Source: an uncultured virus (IMG/VR IMGVR_UViG_3300042340_000066)
Lineage: Duplodnaviria > Heunggongvirae > Uroviricota > Caudoviricetes
Reading direction: 5' to 3' (one strand)
DNA: 64,000 nt
IMG/VR virus record: IMGVR_UViG_3300042340_000066
Shown here in pieces: positions 33,481 through 43,461 of this stretch. The notes beneath the pieces are model-generated. The model had not been told where the DNA came from. It worked only from the letters and a program-made list of their open reading frames with translations, and did no database searches. Within the stretch, counting starts at the first letter, position 1, and each line of letters begins with the position of its first letter. The translations under genes and the position numbers were made by a program.

Positions 33481-36396
33481 ATGTCTAGGAGTGAATTTAT
33501 AGACCACGTACTAGCCCCAACAGGTTATATCTGCATTGTGGGGTTGATGTACGACAAGTCAAAACCAGCGGTACAAAAATTCTTCCCGACGCTAGAAGAC
33601 GCAGAGTCTCTGATTCAATCGCTGATGGATGAACAGCGTGAAGTCTATTTCGGCTGCGCTACATTCAGAGACCTCAGTGCAAAGTCCCCCCGCAGTGCTA
33701 AGAATATCGATGCCCTGAAATCTTTTTATATTGACATAGATTGCGGGTTCAACAAGCCTTACGAAAACAAACGCGCTGGGCTAGAGGCGCTAAACGCTTT
33801 TATTGTGGAGGCTGGCCTTCCAGTCCCTACTCTGGTTGACTCAGGTGGGGGCATCCATGCTTACTGGACCCTAGAGAATGCTATCTCTTACAACGAGTGG
33901 CGACCCGTTGCGGACGGACTCAAGAAGTTAGCCAGTAAACTCAAGTTCGACATTGACCCTGCAGTGACGGCAGATGGGGCGCGTATTCTGCGCTTGCCCG
34001 AGACTTTCCACAACAAGAACAAGGAGAACCCGAAGCCTGTCGTAGTCCGCCAGTATGCACATCATATCGACCTTGAGGTGTTTCGGAGTTTATGCGGTGT
34101 CTTCGATGAGAAGACCAAGATCAGTGATGACAATGACCCCGTGCTCAAGTCCATACATAACGGACAGGTTGAGTGCAAATTCAGTAAGATTTACAAGAAG
34201 AGCGTAGTCAAGGCATCGGATGGTAGCCGTCTGGTCAACCCGCAGGGGTGTGCGCAAATAGCTGAGTTGATACTGCATCAGCATGAACCGAGGATTGCGA
34301 CTGAACCACGGTGGCGCTCTATACTATCTATCGTTAAATTTTGCGTAGACTGGGAAGAGGCGGCATACAAAGTCTCCTACCTTCATCCCGAATACTCACC
34401 AGAAAGCACATTGGATAAACTGGAGGGCATCCCCAAACCGCATACGTGCAAAGAATTTCAACGGCATAAACCTGAGCTATGCCTTAGTTGCCCAAACAAA
34501 AACAAATTTAACAGTCCCATTGCACTGGGTGTAATCATTGCTGAAGCAAAGCCAGAAGACAACGTGCTGGAAGACGTGTGGCATAGCAACGTCAAGGACT
34601 TCGTAGAAGTCGATATCCCCATCACCTACCCTAAACCTTGGTTGCGCCCTAAAGCGGGGGGTGTAGCTATTCGCGGCAAACTGCAGTCGATTGTAGGGGA
34701 GAAGAAAAAGGATGACGAAGAAGATGAAGAGCCGCAGGAAGCGCTGGTATACCCCAACGATCTGTGGGTAAAGGGTCGTGTCAATGACCCCAATCTGGGT
34801 GAGATGATTCTGATAGCTCATATCCTACCAAAAGACGGGATGCGGGAATTTATGGTGCCGCTGGCGGATATCACCAAGAAAGACAAGTGTCAGAGTATTC
34901 TGGCTGCACATGGTGTCGCTGCTATTGATCGACGTATGGACTTGATTCGGCGTTACATCACAGACTGGACTGCCTATATACAGGAAGAGACCGACGCGGC
35001 ACAAGCGCGGCTACAGTTCGGCTGGCACGATAACAATACCAAGTTCATTCTGGGCAACCGAGAAATTCGCGGCGATGGGTCTGTTACCTACAGCCCGCCT
35101 TCATCCACAACAGAAGACCTCGTGGAGATTTACAGCAAGAAAGGCGCATTGGAACCGTGGAAGCGCGTCATCAATACCTACAATAACCCCGGTAATGAAG
35201 CCAGAGCATTTGCGTTGTTTGTCGGGTTCGGCTCCGCGTTATACAAGTTCATGAACCTCCCTAGCGTCATAGTCCATCTGACCAATACAGCATCAGGTGT
35301 CGGTAAATCTACAGCGCAGATGGCGGCTAACAGCATCTGGGGGCACCCTGCAGACGCGCTACTCAATGAACATGACACAGCGAATGCACGTTGGCACAGA
35401 ACAGGCGTACTTAATAACATCGTAGTCACCATAGACGAGATCACCAACATACTGGCAGAAGATGCAAGTGACTTTGCGTTTAACTTCTCACAGAATCGCG
35501 GCAAGAACCGCATGATGGCGCAAGCCAATGCCGAGCGTAAGAATAAGACTACATGGCAGACCATGTGCCTCACGTCAGGAAACAACAGTTTGTATGATCT
35601 GATTCGTTCTTTCAAAGCCTCTTCTGAAGGCGAGATGTACCGCATACTTGAGCTACCGATCAACCGTGATACGGTGCTGAGCAAAGAAGAATCGGATTTT
35701 CTATTTCATGATCTGCTGCTCAACAACTACGGTGTGGCTGGAGAAATTTTCATACAGCATGTAATTGGCAATCTTGAGGATGTGATTAAGCGGCTGAAGA
35801 CCTACAGAAAGGCTTTCGATATCGATGCTAAGTTCAAGCAAAAAGAGCGGTTCTATTCAGGATGTTGCGCAGCGGCGTTGGTGGCAGGCGAGATTGCTAG
35901 AGAGTTGGGACTGCATGATATAGACACAGACCGCATTCGTTCATGGGCATTGGATATGTTTGACGCTGTTAAAGAGACTGTCACCCAGAAAACAGAGGTC
36001 AATGAGATACAGACATTAGCTGAATATATCAACGAGATTAACCGCTCTATAGCGATTGTCAGAGGCGATCTACCCAAAGTCGATGGTAGGATTCTCCCCG
36101 ATGCCGCAGCCTATATGCCCAATGCAGAACTTCTTGGGCGCTATGAACCTGATACCTACAGCCTGTACGTGGCGGCACATAACTTTAGAGAATGGTGTAC
36201 TGACCGCAGACTCCCCTATGAATTGTTCAAGAATCGACTTATCGAAGTCGGAGTGCTCTACGGTGTTAAGAACGTGCAGTTAGGCGCTGGTACGCGAATG
36301 CCGGGGGCTAGAATTGAATCCCTTTTGCTAGATGCGCGTAAGCTGGGGGTAGACCTTGACAACCCTGTGAAAGAAGACTACTCTATTCCTCAATAG
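33481..36396 (+). CDS. primase (AEP/RepB-like)-helicase (DUF927/Cch-like) fusion
   Basis: FYIDIDCG, VDSGGGIHAYW, RILRLPET; Cys cluster; Walker A SGVGKST, Walker B TIDEIT. Confidence 0.88.
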   Translation: MSRSEFIDHVLAPTGYICIVGLMYDKSKPAVQKFFPTLEDAESLIQSLMDEQREVYFGCATFRDLSAKSPRSAKNIDALKSFYIDIDCGFNKPYENKRAGLEALNAFIVEAGLPVPTLVDSGGGIHAYWTLENAISYNEWRPVADGLKKLASKLKFDIDPAVTADGARILRLPETFHNKNKENPKPVVVRQYAHHIDLEVFRSLCGVFDEKTKISDDNDPVLKSIHNGQVECKFSKIYKKSVVKASDGSRLVNPQGCAQIAELILHQHEPRIATEPRWRSILSIVKFCVDWEEAAYKVSYLHPEYSPESTLDKLEGIPKPHTCKEFQRHKPELCLSCPNKNKFNSPIALGVIIAEAKPEDNVLEDVWHSNVKDFVEVDIPITYPKPWLRPKAGGVAIRGKLQSIVGEKKKDDEEDEEPQEALVYPNDLWVKGRVNDPNLGEMILIAHILPKDGMREFMVPLADITKKDKCQSILAAHGVAAIDRRMDLIRRYITDWTAYIQEETDAAQARLQFGWHDNNTKFILGNREIRGDGSVTYSPPSSTTEDLVEIYSKKGALEPWKRVINTYNNPGNEARAFALFVGFGSALYKFMNLPSVIVHLTNTASGVGKSTAQMAANSIWGHPADALLNEHDTANARWHRTGVLNNIVVTIDEITNILAEDASDFAFNFSQNRGKNRMMAQANAERKNKTTWQTMCLTSGNNSLYDLIRSFKASSEGEMYRILELPINRDTVLSKEESDFLFHDLLLNNYGVAGEIFIQHVIGNLEDVIKRLKTYRKAFDIDAKFKQKERFYSGCCAAALVAGEIARELGLHDIDTDRIRSWALDMFDAVKETVTQKTEVNEIQTLAEYINEINRSIAIVRGDLPKVDGRILPDAAAYMPNAELLGRYEPDTYSLYVAAHNFREWCTDRRLPYELFKNRLIEVGVLYGVKNVQLGAGTRMPGARIESLLLDARKLGVDLDNPVKEDYSIPQ

Positions 36397-36414
36397 TTCG
36401 TTGCTCCTCACTCG

Positions 36415-36441
36415 CCCCCGCCTTTCACGGGGGATTTTTTT
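36415..36441 (+). terminator. intrinsic terminator between the convergent arms
   Basis: CCCCCG-CCTTTCA-CGGGGG-ATTTTTTT. Confidence 0.8.
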
Positions 36442-36443
36442 GC

Positions 36444-39400
36444 CTATTCTTCTATGTCCAGACTATAGAAGCGCTTGACTCCACGCGAAGCTAACTCGTT
36501 ATACCATTTACGACGATCACGAATAGCGATCTGCTTACGTTCTGGAGTTAGAGACTTGTCATTCTGAATCTGGTCAATGGCTTTCTCAACCTTGCTCATT
36601 TCTTCAGCTATCTCGCGTCCAGCAGGTGCTGCATAGAATTTCTTTTTGTTCTCTGGATCAGCCATCAACCGCTCCATAGTATCCACATTACCTCGACCTT
36701 GAGCGCGAGTAACAGTATCGCGTATTGCACCTACGGCTTGGTTTAGCTCAAAGAACGTATCTACATCTCTATCACGCTCAGGCTTAGTGAGGATACCTTT
36801 AGCCCCACCCATTATGATAGGTACTTCACCCGGATATTTAGCAGGTTTACCCTGACCCTCTTCTAAGAACTTATCGGCTACAAGCCCCATAACCGTCCAG
36901 AGTTCAGTCAGATACCCACGCCCAAAATGCTCAACCTGTATCGGAGACACCCCGAGTGCTCTACCTAACTCAATAGACAAAGAAGAAGCCCCACGAGTCT
37001 GCTCAGTTGGAACAAGACGAGCTTGACCTGCACCGACAATATCGCGCCCTGTGTGGAAGTCAGTATTAGTAACTGCTTCTGCTAAAGGTTTGATAAGTTG
37101 CGGTATCGGTAATGGTGGAGCGAGTGTAGACCATGCAGCCTCTTTAGCCATTTTCTTAGCTTCAGACGGGCGCAGAGTGCCACTGTTTAACCTAACCATA
37201 AGTTCAGGCATGATCTTGGCTGGAAGCCCTAACTCAAATGGAATAGAGAACATCTGGAACGGCGCGTCTTCATCACCCGTAGGCCGTAACCAATTCATCA
37301 ACGCATCGGGAGAGTTGATATAGTCTTCATCATCCTGCATCGCCAGAGTATAAGCCGTGGTGTACGAGGCGATCATTAAAAGCCTAGAAGCAAATAGCCT
37401 ACGCGCCTCTGCCGCTTCACGACGATTCAGACCTTTACCCGTAGCTGCACGGAGCACTGAGTCCAAACTGTTTAACTGAGCAGAGAAGAATGGCACGGTG
37501 GCCCGAATAGACTGCAGTGTGTTGGACCTGCCTTGGTTGGCGAAGTTGATAATCTCACGAGCCCGCATGGTGGCGTAGTTCTTGGCATCCTCACGGGACA
37601 TACCCTTCTTCTTAGCTTCTTTCAGAGCCGCCTTATAGACCTCAACACGAGTCGCAGCATCTGCTGCTTCATGTACGTGCATTACCCAGTCAGCGCCCTT
37701 TTTGAACAAGCCGGGATTTTTGTCGCTTATCTTTTTGAACCGCGCTGGATCAGACAGCGAGTCTATAGCCCCTACTACACCCCGACGCTTGAGCTCACCA
37801 TACTCTTTAGATGCACCCGCGATAATCTTGGCAAAAGACAGCGTAGCGCCTATGGGAGTCACCATACCCGTCTTCGATACTACATTGGCATGGAGCGGGT
37901 CACGTATCAACTGGCGATACCAATACAGTGGATTAACCAAAGTCACCGCGCGGAAAGCCTTGGTGTACTCTCTCGCCGCTTTCATCAATGGGTTCATCAA
38001 AGGCGCAGCCGCTTGGAGTGCGTCAAGCGCTACAGGATCATAAATGCGGTAGTAAAATTCCTTACCATCCTCCTTGAACATGATGGCCTGCTTGTCATCA
38101 CGGCTGGTACGCCTAGCGGCACCGAAAAGCTCCATATCTCTAGCAGCGGTTTTACGAGTCGCGTTCTGCGCGGCGGCTGTAGTCATGAAGGCATAGTGCC
38201 TCTGAAGATTTTCCAGAAGGTTGATAGCTTGTTCGCCACCTTTAAGCGCTTTTACGTTCGGCAGAGACTTAGCACCCCCACCCATCATTCGTACAGTCTT
38301 GTTAGGGTCACGCAGAATATCTTCCTGCGCCATGTAGAGCGGTATGTAGTTGGGTTTGGAGCGCCATTCTTTAGCCACATCCTTGGACACTAAGCCACTC
38401 TCTTCCCACAAGTCCACCAAAGACTTCATCAGACCGTGAACATCCTCCATGATTTTTTTGATTTCTGGATGCTCCTCTAGCCTACGCTTAGCTTCGGCTA
38501 TGTCATCTGCGGTGACTAACTTCTCTCTACCTTCACCACCTATTTTGTCTTTGAGCTTATCCGCTTGTTTGGTGTATTTTTCTGCAAGGTCAGAAGCCTT
38601 CTTCCCTTCCTTAAACGATTGAGTCTTGGCATAGGCATTCAACTTTTTAGCCTTATCACGCAGAGTGTCAATGCGTTCCAGTGTCTCGGCATCTTCCTTG
38701 ATAATCTCTTCGCCGCGCAACGCGCGGAATATCTCGCCTACATACACACGAGGGTTTTTGACCTTTACCTTATCAACGGCCTTGGTGATATTACTCAGAT
38801 TCTTTTTTTGATCCTTCCGGATCATCACGGTGCCGTCGGTAGAGAATACCGGGAAGCCCTCAGTAGTCCCTGCAGTGATGACGTTGAAAATCTGGTCGTT
38901 GGCACTCCCCACAAGATCAGCACGGAGCTTGCCATTCATATCAAAGGTTGACTTGTCCTTTATCGCCTCACGCAGAGCGGCATTCTTATCAATCAGGCTA
39001 GTCTCTAGCCGCGTCCATGCACCACTCTTAATTACATCCGCAGCCGCATCCATCCCCTTACGCAGCACACTACGTTCTTTAGGCTCCTCTTCCTTAACGA
39101 GGGGTTTGGGTTCTTTGGGTGTGACTTCTTCCTTGACCTCCTTGGCGGTGGGCTCTTTTATCTCTACGCCTTTCTTGGAGGTTTCACGGAGCAGGCTTTT
39201 GAAGGTTGAGTCAAGTTTTTCTTGCAATGGGCGCTGTTCGTTATAACGCTTAACTTGACTTTCGTAATCTGCCTTCTTGTTAAGGTAATCGTTAAGTTGT
39301 TGTTTGAACGCTTCTTTTCGTTTTGTGGGTAGACCGAGCAGTCTAGAAACCGCATCTACAAATTTATCCCAAAGCGTCAGGCGTGTGGGGGGTGCCTGAG

Positions 39401-42400
39401 TAGGAGCCTCTGGTTTCTCTATTAGCTTGTTGCCGTTAGAGTCAAACTGTTTAAGCGTTTCTCTAAACGTAGGAGATGTAAGCCCGTAAGCCAGCACTTC
39501 ACCCGGATTGTCCTTAATCGCTTCACCCCAAAACTGTTTGAGTTCAGGAGAGTCTAGCGACTCATATATCTGTCTGGATACACGGTTCAGTTCAGCGGCG
39601 GCTTCAGGATTACGCTGCAACGCAGCTTCAGTCACACCATGTACAAGTTCATGGACAGGTACATCTTCTCTTAGGTTAGCAGAGTCAGAATTGAAGTAGA
39701 TAGTAGGCTTACCATTCTCATCCCATGCCGCAACAGCCGTAGTACCCGTATCAAATTTTTGGCGTATATCCCTATGCACCTTGTCTGCGGCTTTGACCCA
39801 CTTAACTCCAACAGCACCTAAATGCGGAGACTTATTGATAGTGTCAGTGAGTGCGACTAGATCAGCGTCCGTGCCTTTTTCCTTGACCCGCTGAACAAGT
39901 TCTCTAGCATTCGTAGTATCCGCGTAGTCTTCTACCGCTATGGGTCTAATGCCTTTATCTGGGCTAGGGACTCTTGCTTCTCGTATTTCAGGGGGTTGTG
40001 CCCCCATATCCTTCTCACCCGCATCGAACTTAACAACATCGGCAACGGCGTCTTTATCGACCATACCTTCATAGGCTTTATACTCATCCTTCCATAGCTT
40101 CTGTGCGGGTTTGGAGAGGGAGGCGAAGTCAGGTTGTTCGGGAGTGCGTAGGTTATCCCATGCTTCGACGGCTTCTTGAGGTTTGATGTTTGATGGTTTG
40201 GGCGCTTCAACCTTCGGCGCTTCAACCTTCGGCGCTTCAATTTTTGGAGCGGCGGGGACTTCTGGCGCTTTTACTTCTGGAGCAGCTTGCATTTCGGCCT
40301 GCGGCTGCAGTGCTCCTAGCACTTTGTCGCGTACTTTGTTGTTGAACTCAAGCCCGCCTAGCTCTTCGTTTCGGCTCCCCTTCGGTATCTTGGCAGAGAC
40401 AAGTGTTTGTTGTGCGGTATCTAAATCTACACCTGTGATACGGAAGCGGTTATTCGGTAGGTCTTCTACTTTGATCCCTTCGGGGATTTTGATTTCTTCA
40501 ACTTGCCTAACTTCTGGTCGGCTGATACGAACTCCTTCGCCACCTTCTGGGGCACCCCTACCTTCTTGGCGAATTTCGGGTTGTGGCTTGCTGCCAACAT
40601 CAACTTCTGCTGGCTCTTGGACACGCTGGGCACTGGGCACCTCCGGGGTTGTGATTTCTGGTTTAGGGGCAACTGCACTCATACGTTCTTCCAAACGTGT
40701 ATAAGCTTCCGGGGCTATCCGCGCAGTGCTCTTATTAAGAATGTCCGTAATGGCTTCATGGTCTGCAGGGTTGTCTACCTCTAACCCCGCCGCTTTTATC
40801 TTCTTAACCACACCCGCCTTCGGTGGTAGACCCAGCGTGTCTTCAGCCCAGTGTTTGGGCTCCGGTTGTCTTACTGTGGGTTCTGGTATTTCTTCGGAAG
40901 CCACTTCAACGGTAGGAGCGGCAGGAGCAGTAGGAGGGACAGAAGCAGTAGGCAGTTCTTCAGTAGGGATAGTAGGTTGGGCAGCAGGTTCTTGAGGTTC
41001 CACAGGAGGAACAGTGGTATCAACAGGAGGAATATTGGAAGCAACAGCAGGTTCTTCACTCGGTCTTACTCCTACACCAATGCCAGCTTTACGTTCTAGG
41101 TCAGCGATTTCTGCTGCTTGTTTTTTAGCCGCTTCGCTCTCTACCACCTCTGCCTGCTCTGCTTCCGCAGCGCGTTGAGCCTCCAGTTCAGCCTGCCTCT
41201 GTGCGAGTTGGGCTTCTTCTACCGTACCCTTCTTAGCCGCATAACGACCTGCACCGCTCAGACCCCCAGAAACTACACCCAATGGAGCCGATTTAAGGAA
41301 TACGTCTTCATACTCAGCTAGCGCTTCCGGCGTGTTAATAGGCTGGTCAGAGGCTACACGTTCCGCAATACGAGAGGCGACTTCGCCAGTACCCACACCG
41401 ACAACATTTAGCCCAGTTTCTTTAGCGATGTTGCTTAGTCTGGAACCAATCGCTTTACTAGCAGCGTCAACACCTTCTTTAGCTACAATGTCTTTGATGT
41501 AAGCCTGCGCAGACGGAGAGGCAAACTCGCCCAGCAACCCTTTCAATGGGCCTAAGAACCGCATACCGGCTACGTTGACAGCAGTGGACACTGCCGCTGG
41601 GCCGAGGGTTTTCGTTACGTCGGGGGTCTGCCCCATACGTTCTTGTTCGGCTAGCTCACCACCGATTTCTTGAGCACCGATAGCGCCCACACCCGCAGCC
41701 ATCCCCACACCGGGAATCATGAACGCAGGCAATGTAGCGCCAATCGACCCCACACCAGACGCAAGAGGTTCTACAAATTCTTTGCGAACCGTACCCCACA
41801 TACCCATCTGTTTGGCTTCTTCAGGGGTGAGCTCTTGATACCGCTCTGCGGCCTTCTGCTGCCATTCACGTCCTTCTTCGGCGGCGGCTCTACCTGCCCC
41901 CTGCAATAGTGGAGATTCAAAATACTGTCCAGCCTTTTCAGTCGCAGCACCAGCACCACGAGCCATACTACCGAAAGCGCTTTCAGCGCCACTAATCATT
42001 GCTGGGAGAACACCCTTCTTATCACTCTCAGCTTTAGGCTGCTCACCAAAGGCATCGGGGGCTAGCTTACGCATACCCTGCAAAACCTGCTCATCGCTAT
42101 AACTTAGCGGAGCGTCAACAAAAGACCCATCCGGCAGAGAGACTTGACGTAAAGGTTCGGCATCAATCCCGTTGGTTTTAAGGACTTCGGCTAGTTTGGT
42201 TAGGTCTGCACCGGGCTCCACATCTACCGTGGTGCCATCAGAAAGCTTAACGGTTTGGTAGGGGGACTGTTGAGGGGCGGTTTGAGGTGCGTATTGTTGT
42301 GCCCCCATACCTTGGCTTTGAACGCCTTGCCATAGAGCGCGTTGCTTTTCACTAAGTCCACCTTCCCAAGAGCCACCCAGCATACCAAGTCCTTGCCCCC

Positions 42401-43406
42401 CTCCAATATCGAAGTGCATGAGGTCAAGAGCGCCATAGTTTTTCTTACCAGAGAAGTATCCACCCCAACGGAAAGCATCGCCTAACTCTGGATACAATTG
42501 CTGCTGTACGGCACGGGCGGTTTGAGCAAACTGCTCATAGTCTCTAAAATGTTTTGGGTCTTGGTAGTCAGCTAAAGCTTTACCCGTGCGTTTATCTACA
42601 AGCTGTACGTCGATAGCATTGTGTTTGCCATGTTGTCGCTTGTCACCGGGGCGGTAGCCAGATTTGAACTGCACATCAAACGGGGTGTTTTGCGCGGCAG
42701 TACTAAGAATCTGCTGTAGGCGAGGATCAGTCTGACTAATAGGGTGTTTACTTACGCCAGCGCCGACTACATGAGGCTGGAACTCTGGGCTACGAGCGAA
42801 TTGCCCCTGTGGTTGAGCCTGTTCTTGCTGTGGTTGATACCCACCAGAAAATAACTGATTGGCATATTGGATACGTTTGTCATCCCGTGCTTCAGCTTCG
42901 CCGGGGCGCTCATAATACTTACGGTGCGCAATAGCCGCTTCCGCTGGAGTTTTTGCTTGGAGCATTCGCTCAAGCGCTTTCCGTTCAGGACCATTCATTT
43001 CGGCCCATGAGAACTCAAGCTGTTTTAAAAGATCACCCTTACCACCAGCGCGAAGCATCGCTTCTTTACGTGGACCCATAGCCTGCATGATACCGTATGC
43101 CCCACCGGGGTTATAAGCATTTGGGTCTAGGTTAGGCCCAGACTCCTGCATCATACTACCAACCCATCCAGCAGCTATATGGGGAGGAACGCCTTTATTT
43201 ATATAGAAGTTGTATGCTACTTGGGCGTTATCACTAGCACCTTTTCCTCCTTTTGTTCCTTGTGGAACATACCCACCCCCTTGCGGGGTGTATTGAGGAG
43301 CGGTGTAGGGCTCTGGGAGGTATTGGGCTAGCTCTTCTTCCGTGAGGTCTGTTTCAGGACCGTAGATAGAATTTAGGACTTCATCCAGTGTCGGTTCGTA
43401 AGCCAT
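36444..43406 (-). CDS. large polyvalent ejected virion protein (tail-lysozyme-like, M15-like peptidase, HExxH and LPD38-like regions)
   Basis: AAGWVGSMMQES...AYGIMQ...YYERP; SGYRPG..QHGKHNAID...RWGG...DLMHFD; VHELVH; C-terminal PFELG...KPLAEAVTNTDFHTGRDI. Confidence 0.85.
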   Translation of the reverse strand: MAYEPTLDEVLNSIYGPETDLTEEELAQYLPEPYTAPQYTPQGGGYVPQGTKGGKGASDNAQVAYNFYINKGVPPHIAAGWVGSMMQESGPNLDPNAYNPGGAYGIMQAMGPRKEAMLRAGGKGDLLKQLEFSWAEMNGPERKALERMLQAKTPAEAAIAHRKYYERPGEAEARDDKRIQYANQLFSGGYQPQQEQAQPQGQFARSPEFQPHVVGAGVSKHPISQTDPRLQQILSTAAQNTPFDVQFKSGYRPGDKRQHGKHNAIDVQLVDKRTGKALADYQDPKHFRDYEQFAQTARAVQQQLYPELGDAFRWGGYFSGKKNYGALDLMHFDIGGGQGLGMLGGSWEGGLSEKQRALWQGVQSQGMGAQQYAPQTAPQQSPYQTVKLSDGTTVDVEPGADLTKLAEVLKTNGIDAEPLRQVSLPDGSFVDAPLSYSDEQVLQGMRKLAPDAFGEQPKAESDKKGVLPAMISGAESAFGSMARGAGAATEKAGQYFESPLLQGAGRAAAEEGREWQQKAAERYQELTPEEAKQMGMWGTVRKEFVEPLASGVGSIGATLPAFMIPGVGMAAGVGAIGAQEIGGELAEQERMGQTPDVTKTLGPAAVSTAVNVAGMRFLGPLKGLLGEFASPSAQAYIKDIVAKEGVDAASKAIGSRLSNIAKETGLNVVGVGTGEVASRIAERVASDQPINTPEALAEYEDVFLKSAPLGVVSGGLSGAGRYAAKKGTVEEAQLAQRQAELEAQRAAEAEQAEVVESEAAKKQAAEIADLERKAGIGVGVRPSEEPAVASNIPPVDTTVPPVEPQEPAAQPTIPTEELPTASVPPTAPAAPTVEVASEEIPEPTVRQPEPKHWAEDTLGLPPKAGVVKKIKAAGLEVDNPADHEAITDILNKSTARIAPEAYTRLEERMSAVAPKPEITTPEVPSAQRVQEPAEVDVGSKPQPEIRQEGRGAPEGGEGVRISRPEVRQVEEIKIPEGIKVEDLPNNRFRITGVDLDTAQQTLVSAKIPKGSRNEELGGLEFNNKVRDKVLGALQPQAEMQAAPEVKAPEVPAAPKIEAPKVEAPKVEAPKPSNIKPQEAVEAWDNLRTPEQPDFASLSKPAQKLWKDEYKAYEGMVDKDAVADVVKFDAGEKDMGAQPPEIREARVPSPDKGIRPIAVEDYADTTNARELVQRVKEKGTDADLVALTDTINKSPHLGAVGVKWVKAADKVHRDIRQKFDTGTTAVAAWDENGKPTIYFNSDSANLREDVPVHELVHGVTEAALQRNPEAAAELNRVSRQIYESLDSPELKQFWGEAIKDNPGEVLAYGLTSPTFRETLKQFDSNGNKLIEKPEAPTQAPPTRLTLWDKFVDAVSRLLGLPTKRKEAFKQQLNDYLNKKADYESQVKRYNEQRPLQEKLDSTFKSLLRETSKKGVEIKEPTAKEVKEEVTPKEPKPLVKEEEPKERSVLRKGMDAAADVIKSGAWTRLETSLIDKNAALREAIKDKSTFDMNGKLRADLVGSANDQIFNVITAGTTEGFPVFSTDGTVMIRKDQKKNLSNITKAVDKVKVKNPRVYVGEIFRALRGEEIIKEDAETLERIDTLRDKAKKLNAYAKTQSFKEGKKASDLAEKYTKQADKLKDKIGGEGREKLVTADDIAEAKRRLEEHPEIKKIMEDVHGLMKSLVDLWEESGLVSKDVAKEWRSKPNYIPLYMAQEDILRDPNKTVRMMGGGAKSLPNVKALKGGEQAINLLENLQRHYAFMTTAAAQNATRKTAARDMELFGAARRTSRDDKQAIMFKEDGKEFYYRIYDPVALDALQAAAPLMNPLMKAAREYTKAFRAVTLVNPLYWYRQLIRDPLHANVVSKTGMVTPIGATLSFAKIIAGASKEYGELKRRGVVGAIDSLSDPARFKKISDKNPGLFKKGADWVMHVHEAADAATRVEVYKAALKEAKKKGMSREDAKNYATMRAREIINFANQGRSNTLQSIRATVPFFSAQLNSLDSVLRAATGKGLNRREAAEARRLFASRLLMIASYTTAYTLAMQDDEDYINSPDALMNWLRPTGDEDAPFQMFSIPFELGLPAKIMPELMVRLNSGTLRPSEAKKMAKEAAWSTLAPPLPIPQLIKPLAEAVTNTDFHTGRDIVGAGQARLVPTEQTRGASSLSIELGRALGVSPIQVEHFGRGYLTELWTVMGLVADKFLEEGQGKPAKYPGEVPIIMGGAKGILTKPERDRDVDTFFELNQAVGAIRDTVTRAQGRGNVDTMERLMADPENKKKFYAAPAGREIAEEMSKVEKAIDQIQNDKSLTPERKQIAIRDRRKWYNELASRGVKRFYSLDIEE
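40466..40633 (-). CDS. nested 55-aa basic protein in the +1 frame of the 2320-aa gene
   Basis: GGAGGT-N5-GTG; (M)PSVSKSQQKLMLAASHNPKFAKKVGVPQKVAKEFVSADQK... Confidence 0.7.
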   Translation of the reverse strand: MPSVSKSQQKLMLAASHNPKFAKKVGVPQKVAKEFVSADQKLGKLKKSKSPKGSK

Positions 43407-43461
43407 TTGCTAGCCCTAGCAGTGATTGATAGGTCGGTATTATAGCGTAGTTTTATCGTAG

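Noticed and set aside
37051..38951. Long + strand ORFs opposite the 2320-aa gene (e.g. 37533-38393)
   Set aside because: Antisense shadows without recognisable motifs or RBS
39938..41059. Alternative-frame ORFs MKRRRLKRRR (39938-40240) and Leu-rich (40871-41059) as further nested genes
   Set aside because: Explained by APKVE and Pro-rich repeats in the host frame; low complexity and no convincing RBS, unlike 40466-40633
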